From positions 134,903 through 198,902 of the forward strand of contig CP011216.1 of assembly GCA_001029795.1 (NCBI GenBank): a stretch of 64,000 nucleotides of DNA. The letters are read 5' to 3'. The notes below the pieces were generated by a model. It did not search any database. It was not told the DNA's origin and was given only the letters and a program-made list of their open reading frames with translations. Positions 28,376-37,939 of the stretch are shown piece after piece. The stretch is from a candidate division Kazan bacterium GW2011_GWA1_50_15. GTDB lineage: Bacteria > Patescibacteriota > Kazan-3B-28. Numbering within the stretch: the first letter of the stretch is position 1; every line of letters starts with the position of its first letter. The position numbers were made by a program, and so were the translations under genes.

Positions 28376-29122
28376 ATGTCGAAACGAGGGAAGGCCAGAA
28401 AAGAGAAGAAACTAGCCACCAAACGCGAATGGGAGGCTGGCCAGCGCGCGCAGAGGCGTCAGCAGACGGCTTGGGTTCGCCGGCTGGCGGCTTGGGGCGG
28501 GATGGTGGTTGGAGGCGGTCTGTTGTTGGCAGGGCTGATCATAGGTGGGATGCGTCTGTTCCAGACCTATTCGCCCATGGTCAAAATTAGCGGGCCGTTC
28601 GGGAGTATCGCCAGATCCGAGCTGGCTGATAGTAAGTTCGTTACCCTGCAGACTACTGAAGGGGACATCAAACTGGAGTTGGATGTTAAGAATACGCCCA
28701 AGACGGCGGCCAACTTTGTGCTGCTGGCCGGGAAAGATTTTTATAACGGAGTGAAGTTTCACCGGATCATGAAGGACTTTATGGTCCAGTCCGGCGATCC
28801 CAACTCCAAGGATGACGATCCGGCCAATGATGGTCAGGGTGGTCCGGGGTATCAATTTGATAACGAGAAGATTACCGGTGAATACACTCGTGGTACGTTA
28901 GCGATGGCTAATGCCGGGGAGAATACTAACGGGAGCCAGTTTTTCATTATGCACAAGGACACTAATCTGCCAAAGAACTATGTCATATTCGGGCACGTGG
29001 TCGAGGGGTTAGATGTACTCGACAAGATCGCGGAGACCCCGGTTAAAGACAACGGGCAGGGGGAGGTTAGCCAACCCACCAAAGATGTGGTAATAAATAA
29101 GGTTATTTTGAGCAGTGAATAG
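28376..29122 (+). CDS. Cyclophilin-type peptidyl-prolyl isomerase with N-terminal membrane anchor
   Basis: FHRIMKDFMVQSGDP, LAMANAGENTNGSQFFI. Confidence 0.93.
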   Translation: MSKRGKARKEKKLATKREWEAGQRAQRRQQTAWVRRLAAWGGMVVGGGLLLAGLIIGGMRLFQTYSPMVKISGPFGSIARSELADSKFVTLQTTEGDIKLELDVKNTPKTAANFVLLAGKDFYNGVKFHRIMKDFMVQSGDPNSKDDDPANDGQGGPGYQFDNEKITGEYTRGTLAMANAGENTNGSQFFIMHKDTNLPKNYVIFGHVVEGLDVLDKIAETPVKDNGQGEVSQPTKDVVINKVILSSE

Positions 29123-29190
29123 TTATCAACTGATTGATAAGATTTATTTCTTCCCATAATTCATGATTCATAATTCACTATTCCGAGACA

Positions 29191-29487
29191 ATGTTCGATA
29201 AAGCTAAAAAAATGTGGCAGGCGCAGTCTACTGCAAAAAGGGTGCAGAAGGAGTTGCGCGAGTTAGAGTTCGAGGGCGTGGAGTTGGGCGGCAAGGTCAG
29301 AGTGGTAGTGAACGGCGAACAAAAAGTACAAACCATCGACATCGCTGAGGAGCTGCTGACTCCTAGCGAAAAGGAGAGTCTGGAACGGTTTTTGAAGCAG
29401 GCCATTACCTCAGCTATTACCAAATCCCAACAGGCCGCCGCGCAGAAGATGAAGTCGGTGGCGGGGGAGCTGGGTCTAAATATATAA
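29191..29487 (+). CDS. ybaB: YbaB/EbfC nucleoid-associated protein
   Basis: GGKVRVVVNGEQ; adjacent to recR. Confidence 0.88.
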   Translation: MFDKAKKMWQAQSTAKRVQKELRELEFEGVELGGKVRVVVNGEQKVQTIDIAEELLTPSEKESLERFLKQAITSAITKSQQAAAQKMKSVAGELGLNI

Positions 29488-29553
29488 GAAAGTATCTAGT
29501 ATCTAGGACTCGAAATTTTATTCGTTATTTGTCATTTTTAATTTGTAATTGAC

Positions 29554-30174
29554 TTGTCCAATACTTTACCAAAATCGATCGAGCGGTTGATCGTCAGTTT
29601 AAGTCAACTGCCTGGTATCGGTCCCAAGACCGCATCGCGGCTGGTGTTTTACTTGATCCGCAATAATCAGGTAGATCTGCGGGGGTTAGGCGAGGCGGTA
29701 ACGGGGTTGAAGGACGATCTGGTCTACTGCGGTGTCTGTCATAACATCGCCGACTCTGACCCATGCGTTATCTGCGCCGATAAACATCGCCAGAGCGGGA
29801 TGCTCTGCGTGGTGGAAGAGCCGTTGGATGTACTGGCTCTAGAACGAGCCGGGTTTACCGGCTTATATCATGTACTGGGTGGCTCCATCTCGCCTCTAGA
29901 AGGCGTAGGCCCTAACGAGCTACAAATCAACAGCCTAGTCGAACGCTTAAAGGCTAATTCGCAGATCAAGGAGGTAATCATCGCGACTAATCCGGATGTG
30001 GAGGGGGAAGCGACAGCAGCCTATCTTATCAAACTGCTGCAGAACCTGCCGGTCAGTATCACGCGAATCGCGAGAGGGCTACCCATGGGCGGGGATCTGG
30101 AGTACGCCGACGAGCTGACTTTGAGTCGGGCGCTAGAAGGTCGCAACCCAATTAATCTCAATGCCAAAGTATGA
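29554..30174 (+). CDS. recR: Recombination protein RecR
   Basis: LPGIGPKTA, C4 zinc finger, TOPRIM region, GGDLEYADE. Confidence 0.96.
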   Translation: MSNTLPKSIERLIVSLSQLPGIGPKTASRLVFYLIRNNQVDLRGLGEAVTGLKDDLVYCGVCHNIADSDPCVICADKHRQSGMLCVVEEPLDVLALERAGFTGLYHVLGGSISPLEGVGPNELQINSLVERLKANSQIKEVIIATNPDVEGEATAAYLIKLLQNLPVSITRIARGLPMGGDLEYADELTLSRALEGRNPINLNAKV

Positions 30175-31082
30175 CGACTAGCCCAAAAATCGGTTGGGTA
30201 CTGCAGGCGCTGTTCGTGGTGTTTCTCTGGTCAGCGGCCAAGATCATTATCAAGTTGGGGGTGCAGACCCTGCCGCCTTTCATCTTTGCCGCGGCTGTGC
30301 AGGTAGCGGCCGTTGCCGGTCTTTTGATCTACTACCGGTTTCATAAAAAACGTTACCGAGTAAAGTTCACTCGACAGGATATCCAGCTGATGGTTCTGCT
30401 GGGGTTAGTTGCCTTTGGCGGGGCAACTCTATTTTCGACTATTGGTCTGCAGTACGTCACGGGCGCCACGGCCGGGTTGATCGCCGCGCTGAATCCGTTA
30501 ATGGCGATTGGTCTGGCTGCTGTTATCTTGCGCGAAAAACCAGCAATAGCTCAATATCTGGGCGTGGCGGTAATGATAGCCGGCGCCTATATCTTTCTAC
30601 GCCAGGGCGACGTATCAGGCGCTTTGATCGGCATCTTACTGCTGCTCTTAGCCGAGGCGGGATTCGCTTTCAATAACGTCTTAGTGCGTCTGATCTCGCG
30701 CCAGCCTGGTGACGAATCGTTGACCATTACACTAGTGGGTAACCTGGTGGGGATGAGCGTGCTGGTCCCGCTAGGGCTGGCCATGGATGGGCTGCCGCCA
30801 GCCCTGTTGGAGTGGCGAATGATGGCAGTAGTGGTTGTAGTCGGGCTGATCTTTGGCTTTGGGGGGCTGCTATGGGCTGGGGTATTGGATAAACTGCGGA
30901 TTGTGGAGGCGACGGTGTTGAGCAACACCATGATAGTCCAGGTGGCGGTGTTGTCGGTTCTGTTCTTGGGCGAGGTTTTGACGTTTAATAACATTGCCGG
31001 CGGTTTGCTAGTTCTGGCGGGAGCGATAGTGACGGATAGAAACCTGCTCATGCCGCCTCAGGCTAATTTACGGCCAACGTGA
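30171..31082 (+). CDS. DMT/EamA family transporter
   Basis: 10 TM segments in two EamA-like repeats. Confidence 0.85.
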   Translation: MTTSPKIGWVLQALFVVFLWSAAKIIIKLGVQTLPPFIFAAAVQVAAVAGLLIYYRFHKKRYRVKFTRQDIQLMVLLGLVAFGGATLFSTIGLQYVTGATAGLIAALNPLMAIGLAAVILREKPAIAQYLGVAVMIAGAYIFLRQGDVSGALIGILLLLLAEAGFAFNNVLVRLISRQPGDESLTITLVGNLVGMSVLVPLGLAMDGLPPALLEWRMMAVVVVVGLIFGFGGLLWAGVLDKLRIVEATVLSNTMIVQVAVLSVLFLGEVLTFNNIAGGLLVLAGAIVTDRNLLMPPQANLRPT

Positions 31083-32470
31083 TAAAACTTTTCAATACTT
31101 TAAACCGCAAGTTACAAACCTTTACCCCTATCCATAAGGGGCGGGTCTCGATGTATACCTGCGGCCCGACAGTGTACAGCTACGCGCATATCGGCAACCT
31201 AAGGGCGTACATTGCGGCGGATATGTTGCGCCGAGTGTTAGAGTATAACGGGCTAAAGGTTAAACAAGTGATCAACATTACGGATGTCGGTCATTTAACC
31301 TCGAACGCCGATACCGGCGAGGACAAAGTGGAACAAGAGGCCAAAAAAGAGTACAAGACCGCCAAACAGATCACCAAATTCTACGCTGATCAATTCATAA
31401 AGGACATTAAGGCGCTAAACATTAAATCGCCAGTCAAATTTGCTTGGGCAAGTAAGTATATCAAAGAACAGATCACTCTCATTAGGCGATTAGAGAGAAA
31501 AGGATATACCTACACAACCTCGGACGGCGTGTACTTTGATACCGCCAAGTTCAAGGGCTACGGCCGGTTGGGTAAGATCAGCAGCGGGAAAGCCCGCATA
31601 GCGCATAGTTTGGGGAAAAAGCGGGAGACGGATTTCGCGCTATGGAAGTTTTCGGCTAAAGGCGAAAAGCGGCAGCAGGAGTGGCTAAGCCCCTGGGGGG
31701 TGGCCACTGGCCCGGGGAAACGGCCTCTGGCCCGGAGAGGTTTCCCGGGCTGGCATATCGAGTGTTCGGCTATCTCTACCACAGAGTTAGGTCAGCCCTT
31801 TGATATCCACACTGGCGGTATCGACCACGTGTTGATCCACCACAACGACGAAATAGCTCAGAGCGAAGCGGCGTACGGTAAACCGTTGGCTAATTTTTGG
31901 ATCCATAACGAATTTTTGTTGGTGGACGACAAAAAGATGGCAAAGAGCGTCCGGAATTTTTACACGCTGGCCGATGTGGTGAAGTTAGGATACGACCAAA
32001 TGGCGTTCCGGTATCTGGCTATCGCGGGGCAGTACCGCAATAAACTGCATTTTTCTAAAGCCGCGCTGGAAGGAGCGCAGAACTCATTGGATAAACTGCG
32101 AGGTGTCTTTAACGAAAAAACAAAGGGCGGGAAAGTTGCCCAAGCATATAAGAAAAAGTTTTTATCGGCGATTAATGATGACCTCAATCTACCGAGAGCG
32201 CTCTCAGTGGTGTGGGACCTTGTAAGGTCCGATAGAACACTGGCGGATAAACAGGCCACGTTGCTTGATTTTGATCGGGTCTTGGGGCTGGGGCTGATGG
32301 GCGTTAAACCGCTAAAAATTCCGTCTGAGATAGCTAAATTAGCACGTAGACGCGAGATAGCCAGAAGGGCGGGGGACTGGAGGCTGGCGGATAAAATTAG
32401 AATTCAGATCGCCAAAGCTGGCTTTGCGGTCGATGATACTAACCGGGGGCCTAAATTACGTAAAAAATAG
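31079..32470 (+). CDS. cysS: Cysteine--tRNA ligase
   Basis: YTCGPTVY..HIGN, GWHIECS, KMAKS. Confidence 0.96.
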   Translation: MIKLFNTLNRKLQTFTPIHKGRVSMYTCGPTVYSYAHIGNLRAYIAADMLRRVLEYNGLKVKQVINITDVGHLTSNADTGEDKVEQEAKKEYKTAKQITKFYADQFIKDIKALNIKSPVKFAWASKYIKEQITLIRRLERKGYTYTTSDGVYFDTAKFKGYGRLGKISSGKARIAHSLGKKRETDFALWKFSAKGEKRQQEWLSPWGVATGPGKRPLARRGFPGWHIECSAISTTELGQPFDIHTGGIDHVLIHHNDEIAQSEAAYGKPLANFWIHNEFLLVDDKKMAKSVRNFYTLADVVKLGYDQMAFRYLAIAGQYRNKLHFSKAALEGAQNSLDKLRGVFNEKTKGGKVAQAYKKKFLSAINDDLNLPRALSVVWDLVRSDRTLADKQATLLDFDRVLGLGLMGVKPLKIPSEIAKLARRREIARRAGDWRLADKIRIQIAKAGFAVDDTNRGPKLRKK

Positions 32471-32781
32471 GCCGCTGGTTTGAAACCAAACGGCCTGTCG
32501 TGCGACGCAAGCCATCCCAGGATGGGGCCTAATGTAGGCTCCTCCGCCTTTACCCAGATACTGGATGTCTGCGTTTAGTCTCCACGGGAGTAGAGACTAG
32601 CAAAAAAAGAACAACCAGGCGGGTCAGTGAAATGATAGCACGGGCGAACGCCCGGCCCGCCTTATGATAATGATAGTAATGATAACGTGCCCCCGCTTGT
32701 AGGATAGTAGCACGAGGGTCGCTCTATGTCAATAGAGAAAAACAGGCTCTGGAACGGGTTGTTTTGGGCGGGGGATAGGGG

Positions 32782-33444
32782 TCAGCGGCGGCTTTTGGCA
32801 AACCAAATGTAAGACATCAAAATAGGGATGACGGTTGCCAAAACGATGCCGGTCATTGGCAGGTAGAAATTCCAGGGGACAGGCAGGAAGGGGGCGGATA
32901 GGAACAGCACCCCGCCAAGGACGAACATATACGAACCCAGGCGATGAGTTTTGTGCCAATTATCTTCCGAGGAGAGTGTCCACGGTGTCCGGATACCCAT
33001 AAAGAAGTTAGAACGGACTTGACCCAAATAGTTGCCGATCAGGATAAACAGCACGCCGACTATTACCGGTACGATCACCCCGATAGCTACCGGTACGCCG
33101 GTCACCCCGGAGTAGGTAGTGATGGCGAACAGCACAGCGAAAAACGCCATCATAAAGTTGCGAATGAGGGTGTAGAATCCCCAGGACTGGATGAAGTGAT
33201 TCCGGCGCGGTTCAATGTAGGGGAGGGCCAAAAAAAGTAGATAGAGAGCCAACATCATGCCAGGGACCCCGATGACATGCCCCAGCCGCGAAGTCCAACC
33301 ATCGACTTGTCCGGTAATGCCCCAATGCGAGGGCACACGGTCGGGGAGTAGGGGATAAGCCCATAGCCCGCCGGCGATGACCGCTGCTATCATTAATACC
33401 GAGAACCATTCCGACTTAACCGTAAACTTGATCTTCTGTGTCAT
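32782..33444 (-). CDS. sdpI: SdpI-family immunity membrane protein (DUF1648)
   Basis: PDRVPSHWG..G.VDG, NFFMGIRTPWTLSSE.NW.KTHR. Confidence 0.88.
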   Translation of the reverse strand: MTQKIKFTVKSEWFSVLMIAAVIAGGLWAYPLLPDRVPSHWGITGQVDGWTSRLGHVIGVPGMMLALYLLFLALPYIEPRRNHFIQSWGFYTLIRNFMMAFFAVLFAITTYSGVTGVPVAIGVIVPVIVGVLFILIGNYLGQVRSNFFMGIRTPWTLSSEDNWHKTHRLGSYMFVLGGVLFLSAPFLPVPWNFYLPMTGIVLATVIPILMSYIWFAKSRR

Positions 33445-33710
33445 TTGAAACCCTCCAAGAAATTATTTAATAGTTCGTAGAATACGGTGGCGTTCAGTGA
33501 GTAGTAGATCTTTTGGCCTTCCTTGTCCGCGGTGATGAGGTTGGCCGCTTTCAAGAGGCTGAGGTGGTGTGACAGGGATGGTTTAGAGATAGAGAAGTAG
33601 GTGCTAAGCTCCCCCGGGGTCATTGACCGGTTGCGGAGTTTTTTGAGGATATCTCGGCGGGTCGGATCGGATAAGGCCTTAAATGCGAGCGAAACATCGC
33701 GGATAGCCAT
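33441..33710 (-). CDS. sdpR: ArsR/SdpR-family repressor
   Basis: FKALSDPTRRDIL...SKPSLSHHL; overlaps the sdpI start. Confidence 0.88.
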   Translation of the reverse strand: MAIRDVSLAFKALSDPTRRDILKKLRNRSMTPGELSTYFSISKPSLSHHLSLLKAANLITADKEGQKIYYSLNATVFYELLNNFLEGFK

Positions 33711-33721
33711 TTGATATATAT

Positions 33722-33737
33722 TTAGATAATTGTCTAA
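33722..33737. promoter_or_regulatory. Candidate SdpR operator
   Basis: Near-palindrome TTAGATAATTGTCTAA just upstream of the sdpR start. Confidence 0.55.
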
Positions 33738-33908
33738 CTATCTAATTATATTGAGAGATTTTGTTTGAGTCAAGAGGGGAGGTAATCCACCGGAAGACCC
33801 GTTTTGGCTAAATCTGATTTTTGACGATTTTTTGGTTTTGGTTTACGCTGGCTAAGTCGCCGGTTAAGGCGATGATTTTTACCTTAACAATGGGGAGTGT
33901 GGTGGGAT

Positions 33909-34571
33909 ATGAGGAAAAATGGCGGGATGGTGCTGATGATGCGCCACGCTGATGTCTATGACAACCCTGGAACGACCCGCCGGCTATACGGCAACCTTGA
34001 TGGGTTTTGGCTGAGTCAACTGGGTGTGCGCCAAGCGATGGATGCGGGCAAATTCTTACGGAAACTGTGCCGGTTGGATGTAGTTATCCATTCGCCGCTG
34101 GAGCGGACCGAACAGACCGCGCGGATAGTTATTGACCATAACTTAGGCGAACCTAAACGGTTTGCCGACTCGGCGCTGTTAGACATCATTGTCCCGCCGT
34201 GGCAGGGCAAGGTGTCGCGGAGTCGTTGGACTAAGCACCGGAAGTCGTTCTGGGCACAGCAGATGACGGGGGCCTTGCCCGGCCTAGAGCATCCTGAAAA
34301 AACCCAGCGGAGAGTGGTCGAGTGCATCGAACGGGCGATCCAGCGATATCCGGGTCGGAACTTGCTATTTGTAACCCACGGAGATCCGATGTGTTTTTTG
34401 TTCGAGTATCTGCGGGGTGAATCGCTGGAACCGCTGGTGAGCTACCCCTTGGGGGTAAACAAGGCCACGGTGTTCATGGCCTGTTTTGAACCAGGCATCG
34501 AACCGGACGAAGCGGTGCGCAAGCTCTTCGAGCCGGGCGAATACAGCACGGTCTACCCTCGCCCTAAGTAG
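33909..34571 (+). CDS. Histidine phosphatase family protein
   Basis: MRHA (RHG-like), HSPLERT.QTA, VTHGD motifs. Confidence 0.85.
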   Translation: MRKNGGMVLMMRHADVYDNPGTTRRLYGNLDGFWLSQLGVRQAMDAGKFLRKLCRLDVVIHSPLERTEQTARIVIDHNLGEPKRFADSALLDIIVPPWQGKVSRSRWTKHRKSFWAQQMTGALPGLEHPEKTQRRVVECIERAIQRYPGRNLLFVTHGDPMCFLFEYLRGESLEPLVSYPLGVNKATVFMACFEPGIEPDEAVRKLFEPGEYSTVYPRPK

Positions 34572-34576
34572 TTTTA

Positions 34577-34606
34577 TCCCCGGCGCTTCGGCGCCGGGGA
34601 TTTTTA
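34577..34606 (+). terminator. Intrinsic terminator
   Basis: ATCCCCGGCGC-TTCG-GCGCCGGGGAT followed by a T run. Confidence 0.8.
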
Positions 34607-34674
34607 TAAGGTTGGCTCTCCCCTACTGGTTTTACAAAAAACTGCCTCTGGTCTAAGGTATAATGAGTTCGCAT

Positions 34675-34748
34675 TCCCGGATCGTCTAGCGGCAGGACAC
34701 TTGGTTTTGGTCCAAGGAACCGGGGTTCGAATCCCTGTCCGGGAGCCA
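34675..34748 (+). tRNA. tRNA-Gln(UUG)
   Basis: Cloverleaf: acceptor TCCCGGA/TCCGGGA, anticodon arm CTTGG-TTTTGGT-CCAAG, GGTTCGAATCC T-arm, encoded CCA; TATAAT at 34659-34664. Confidence 0.96.
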
Positions 34749-34755
34749 GGCACTT

Positions 34756-35355
34756 ATGATCGAAATTGAACGAAAAATTAAGCTTAGCGAACAAGACGAG
34801 GCGCGATTAACAGAAGGTGCCGAGTTGATGAGCGAGAAAACCTTTGCGGATGTCTATTACGACGGTCCTGATTTTGCTTTGACTACTCAAGACAAGTGGC
34901 TGCGCTCTCGGGCGGGCCGATGGGAGCTCAAAGTTGCTGTACACGAGAGTTTGGAGCGGCAGGCGGATCAGTATGACGAGATAGAAGATGAAGCGGGGAT
35001 TCGCGCATCACTGGGTCTGCCGCCTGGTGATGATTTAGCCGCGGACATTGCGCAGGCAGGTTACGCACCGTTCGCGTCCCCCATCACGACTCGGAAGAAA
35101 TATCGCAGCGGCCAATTTACCATCGACTTGGACACCGTTGATTTTGGTGATTCAACTTACACCCTGGGTGAGATCGAAGTGATGGCAGAGGATCAGTCGC
35201 AGGCCGACGACGCGGCAAGGTCAATTATCGAGTTTGCCAAGGAGCGGGGAGTAGAGATTAAACCAACCCGGGGGAAGATAATCGAATATTTGAAACGATT
35301 CCGGCTAGAGCATTACCAGGCGTTGGTGGAGGCGGGGATAGTGAAGGATTTCTAG
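34756..35355 (+). CDS. CYTH domain protein
   Basis: N-terminal EIERK, DVYYD, WLRSR, EIEV motifs. Confidence 0.88.
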   Translation: MIEIERKIKLSEQDEARLTEGAELMSEKTFADVYYDGPDFALTTQDKWLRSRAGRWELKVAVHESLERQADQYDEIEDEAGIRASLGLPPGDDLAADIAQAGYAPFASPITTRKKYRSGQFTIDLDTVDFGDSTYTLGEIEVMAEDQSQADDAARSIIEFAKERGVEIKPTRGKIIEYLKRFRLEHYQALVEAGIVKDF

Positions 35356-35476
35356 GGTAGGGCGGCTCCCACCGGCCACTATCTGATGGTGGATTTTTCT
35401 TGCTCTGGGAACAGTTTTGGGGTATAAAGCGGGTGGTTCTTTGAGAACTAATTTTGCCCATCAAGGAGGGCCGCGC

Positions 35477-36499
35477 ATGAAGATGCGAGAAGTGGTAGTG
35501 GCTGGGACGGGGAGGTACCTTCCTGAGAGAGTGGTTACTAACGCGGAGTTGGTCGAGAGGTTGAAACAGATCGCTCCTGATACCACAGAGGAATGGATCG
35601 TCGAGAAAACTGGGGTCTGCCAGCGCCATGTGGCCGCTCCCGATGAACACACCTCCGATATGGCGTTCGAGGCCGCGCACGCCTGTTTGCACAAAGCGGG
35701 AGTCGACGCAAAAGACCTCGATCTCATCGTGGTGCCGACGGTCAGCGGCGATACCAACTTTCCGGCGACGGCCAATTGGCTGCAAGGCAAGCTGGAAAAT
35801 ACCAAAGCGTGGGCGTTCGATGTGAACGCTGGCTGTTCGGGGTTCATCTATGCCCTGTCTGCGGTAACGGCTTTGATCCGGGCAAGGCAGAGCGACCTGG
35901 TGTTGGTGGTCGGAGCGGAGAAGATGTCGGCGTTATACGATCCGCAGGACCGCACCTCTTATCCGCTTGCCGGCGACGGCGCCGCCGCGCTGCTGCTGCA
36001 GAGCATCGGACCGGAGGATAACTCCAAGTGGTACGGCATCCGCGGGTTTTATCTCCAGAGCGACGGCCAGATGGCGGATGTGTTGAAACAGCCGCTTGGC
36101 GGGACCAGCGAACCATTAACACGAGAGAACATAGACGACCCCAAGCGGTATCTCTGCATGGATGGCCCAAGAGTGTACCAACACGCTATCCGCAGGATGG
36201 TAGAGTCGGTTAACGGTGTGCTGGACAAGGTCCATGTGCAGAAGGACGAAGTTAACTGGTTCGTTGGTCATCAGGCCAATGGCCGTATTCTCGAGAAGGT
36301 CGCAGCGAAGTTGGGGGTGCCCGTGGAAAAGGTGTACATCAACATCAACAAGTATGCCAACACGACCTCGGCTACTATCCCGATCTGTCTCGACGAGCTG
36401 GCTGAGTCAGGCCAACTCAAACCGGGCCACAAAGTCGTGCTCTTCACTTTTGGTACAGGTTTCACTTGGGGAGCCTGCTACCTGGTGTGGGGAAACTGA
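35477..36499 (+). CDS. fabH: Beta-ketoacyl-ACP synthase III family
   Basis: AGCSGF, GHQANGRI, ANTTSATIP catalytic Cys-His-Asn motifs; AGGAGG SD. Confidence 0.9.
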   Translation: MKMREVVVAGTGRYLPERVVTNAELVERLKQIAPDTTEEWIVEKTGVCQRHVAAPDEHTSDMAFEAAHACLHKAGVDAKDLDLIVVPTVSGDTNFPATANWLQGKLENTKAWAFDVNAGCSGFIYALSAVTALIRARQSDLVLVVGAEKMSALYDPQDRTSYPLAGDGAAALLLQSIGPEDNSKWYGIRGFYLQSDGQMADVLKQPLGGTSEPLTRENIDDPKRYLCMDGPRVYQHAIRRMVESVNGVLDKVHVQKDEVNWFVGHQANGRILEKVAAKLGVPVEKVYININKYANTTSATIPICLDELAESGQLKPGHKVVLFTFGTGFTWGACYLVWGN

Positions 36500-36637
36500 T
36501 GGTGAAGCATCTGACGAGCGTTGGATTGCCCTAGTCCTGCTGTATTTGCGGGGCTAGGGCTTTTTTCTTGCTCTGGGAGTAGGTTTGTGATACTCTCAGG
36601 CCGTTATTTCAATGCTCTTTGTCAGGAGGGGAACATC

Positions 36638-37036
36638 ATGCCGCGACGGTCAAAGAAGAAGTTTTGGGCTGAAGTGAATGCGCGCCGGTCTGCAAGATGG
36701 TCGCGAATCGGCCGGGAGTTCGAGGGTGAGGTTCTGGAGTTGCTGAAGGCGGCTCAAGAGAACGATACGCCCATCTTTACCAACGTAATTCACCATACGC
36801 CATACAGCGGGGCCGACTACGCTGGTAAGGATTTTACGGTGACGCGCTATGTCGATGGGCACACCGAGCACCGGTCGTTCGGTATAACCATCTCAAAGCA
36901 CAAGATCCAGGACGCGCAGATGCTTCATCCGGGAGTCCCCCAATTTCATTTTCCGATCGGTACCAAGCCAGAGACGATCGTCGCCAGGGTGAAGGCTTTG
37001 TTTAATGATCCGTCTCCGCCAGAAACTCCGTCATAG
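36638..37036 (+). CDS. Hypothetical protein, possibly PD-(D/E)xK-like fold
   Basis: ATG after AGGAGG; GREFE...D..G.DF pattern; terminator at about 37035-37062. Confidence 0.5.
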   Translation: MPRRSKKKFWAEVNARRSARWSRIGREFEGEVLELLKAAQENDTPIFTNVIHHTPYSGADYAGKDFTVTRYVDGHTEHRSFGITISKHKIQDAQMLHPGVPQFHFPIGTKPETIVARVKALFNDPSPPETPS

Positions 37037-37114
37037 TCTCCGAAGGGCATCGGAGACTTTTTATTAGATAAAAAAAGCCAGCATAAACGCTGGCTTCTCT
37101 GTTTGAGGCACGGC

Positions 37115-37825
37115 CTAGGCTCCGCCGCAAATGGGCTGGAGGTAGCTGTGGTATTTAACCACTTTGTCCGTGTGAGTTGGCCCGCCCAGCAAGCCTCGGG
37201 TCAAGTCACAGGCAGTTGCTAAGCTAAGTCCGCTGTGGGCGGTCGAAAGCCCAGGGACGAGTTGGTGTTGGTCGTGATCAGACGCCCGGCGGAAAGCGAG
37301 GAGTTTGCGGGGGTTGCCGACCGCCTCCGCGATAACGACGGCCTGTTCCGAGACGAAAATTTCAAGTTCCAAGCGGTCGATGTCGAAATTCTCGATCAGC
37401 GGGCGCAGACGCTCGATGCGCTGCTGCAAGGATGAGGGGAGTTGAGCAAAGCGCCGTCGCAGATCCATCTTAAGTTTGTCATACCGCTTCTGGTCCCGGT
37501 CGTGCATGCACTGGATGGTGCGGCGATTTTCAGCGTCTAACATTTCTCTAGTCATATACCGATAGACGTTGCGGTTGATGACGATGCCCCGGATATGCCC
37601 ACAGACTTCCCCACGCGCATCGAGCTGGCCGTAGAGACGGCCCCGATCTCCCTTGCGGGGAGCGGGCGTGCCGCGCCGCCGCTGTGGCAGAACGAAGGCG
37701 ATGCAAGGTTTCGCTTGCGGCCGGACAGCGGGAGTGAAGTATACATCCCAGTACTTAGGATGCGCCACAACATTGGTGACCAAGATGCCCTCAAACTCTT
37801 GGTCGTTGGGGTCGATCTTTGCCAA
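37115..37825 (-). CDS. Hypothetical protein
   Basis: 236-aa ORF, GGAGGTGA SD, convergent hairpin plus A run at about 37070-37096. Confidence 0.6.
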   Translation of the reverse strand: MAKIDPNDQEFEGILVTNVVAHPKYWDVYFTPAVRPQAKPCIAFVLPQRRRGTPAPRKGDRGRLYGQLDARGEVCGHIRGIVINRNVYRYMTREMLDAENRRTIQCMHDRDQKRYDKLKMDLRRRFAQLPSSLQQRIERLRPLIENFDIDRLELEIFVSEQAVVIAEAVGNPRKLLAFRRASDHDQHQLVPGLSTAHSGLSLATACDLTRGLLGGPTHTDKVVKYHSYLQPICGGA

Positions 37826-37939
37826 GGTTCACCTCCAAAGTGAAAGTGAGTTCAGTTAAACATATGATAATAGGGGTGTCAATATAAGTCGCTTCTGGAG
37901 CGACTTATAGTTATATGGCTGATGGATGCGAGAGGCGAA

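Noticed and set aside
34675-37900. Prophage or integrative element at tRNA-Gln
   Set aside because: No integrase, no duplicated tRNA 3' end and no phage genes were seen.
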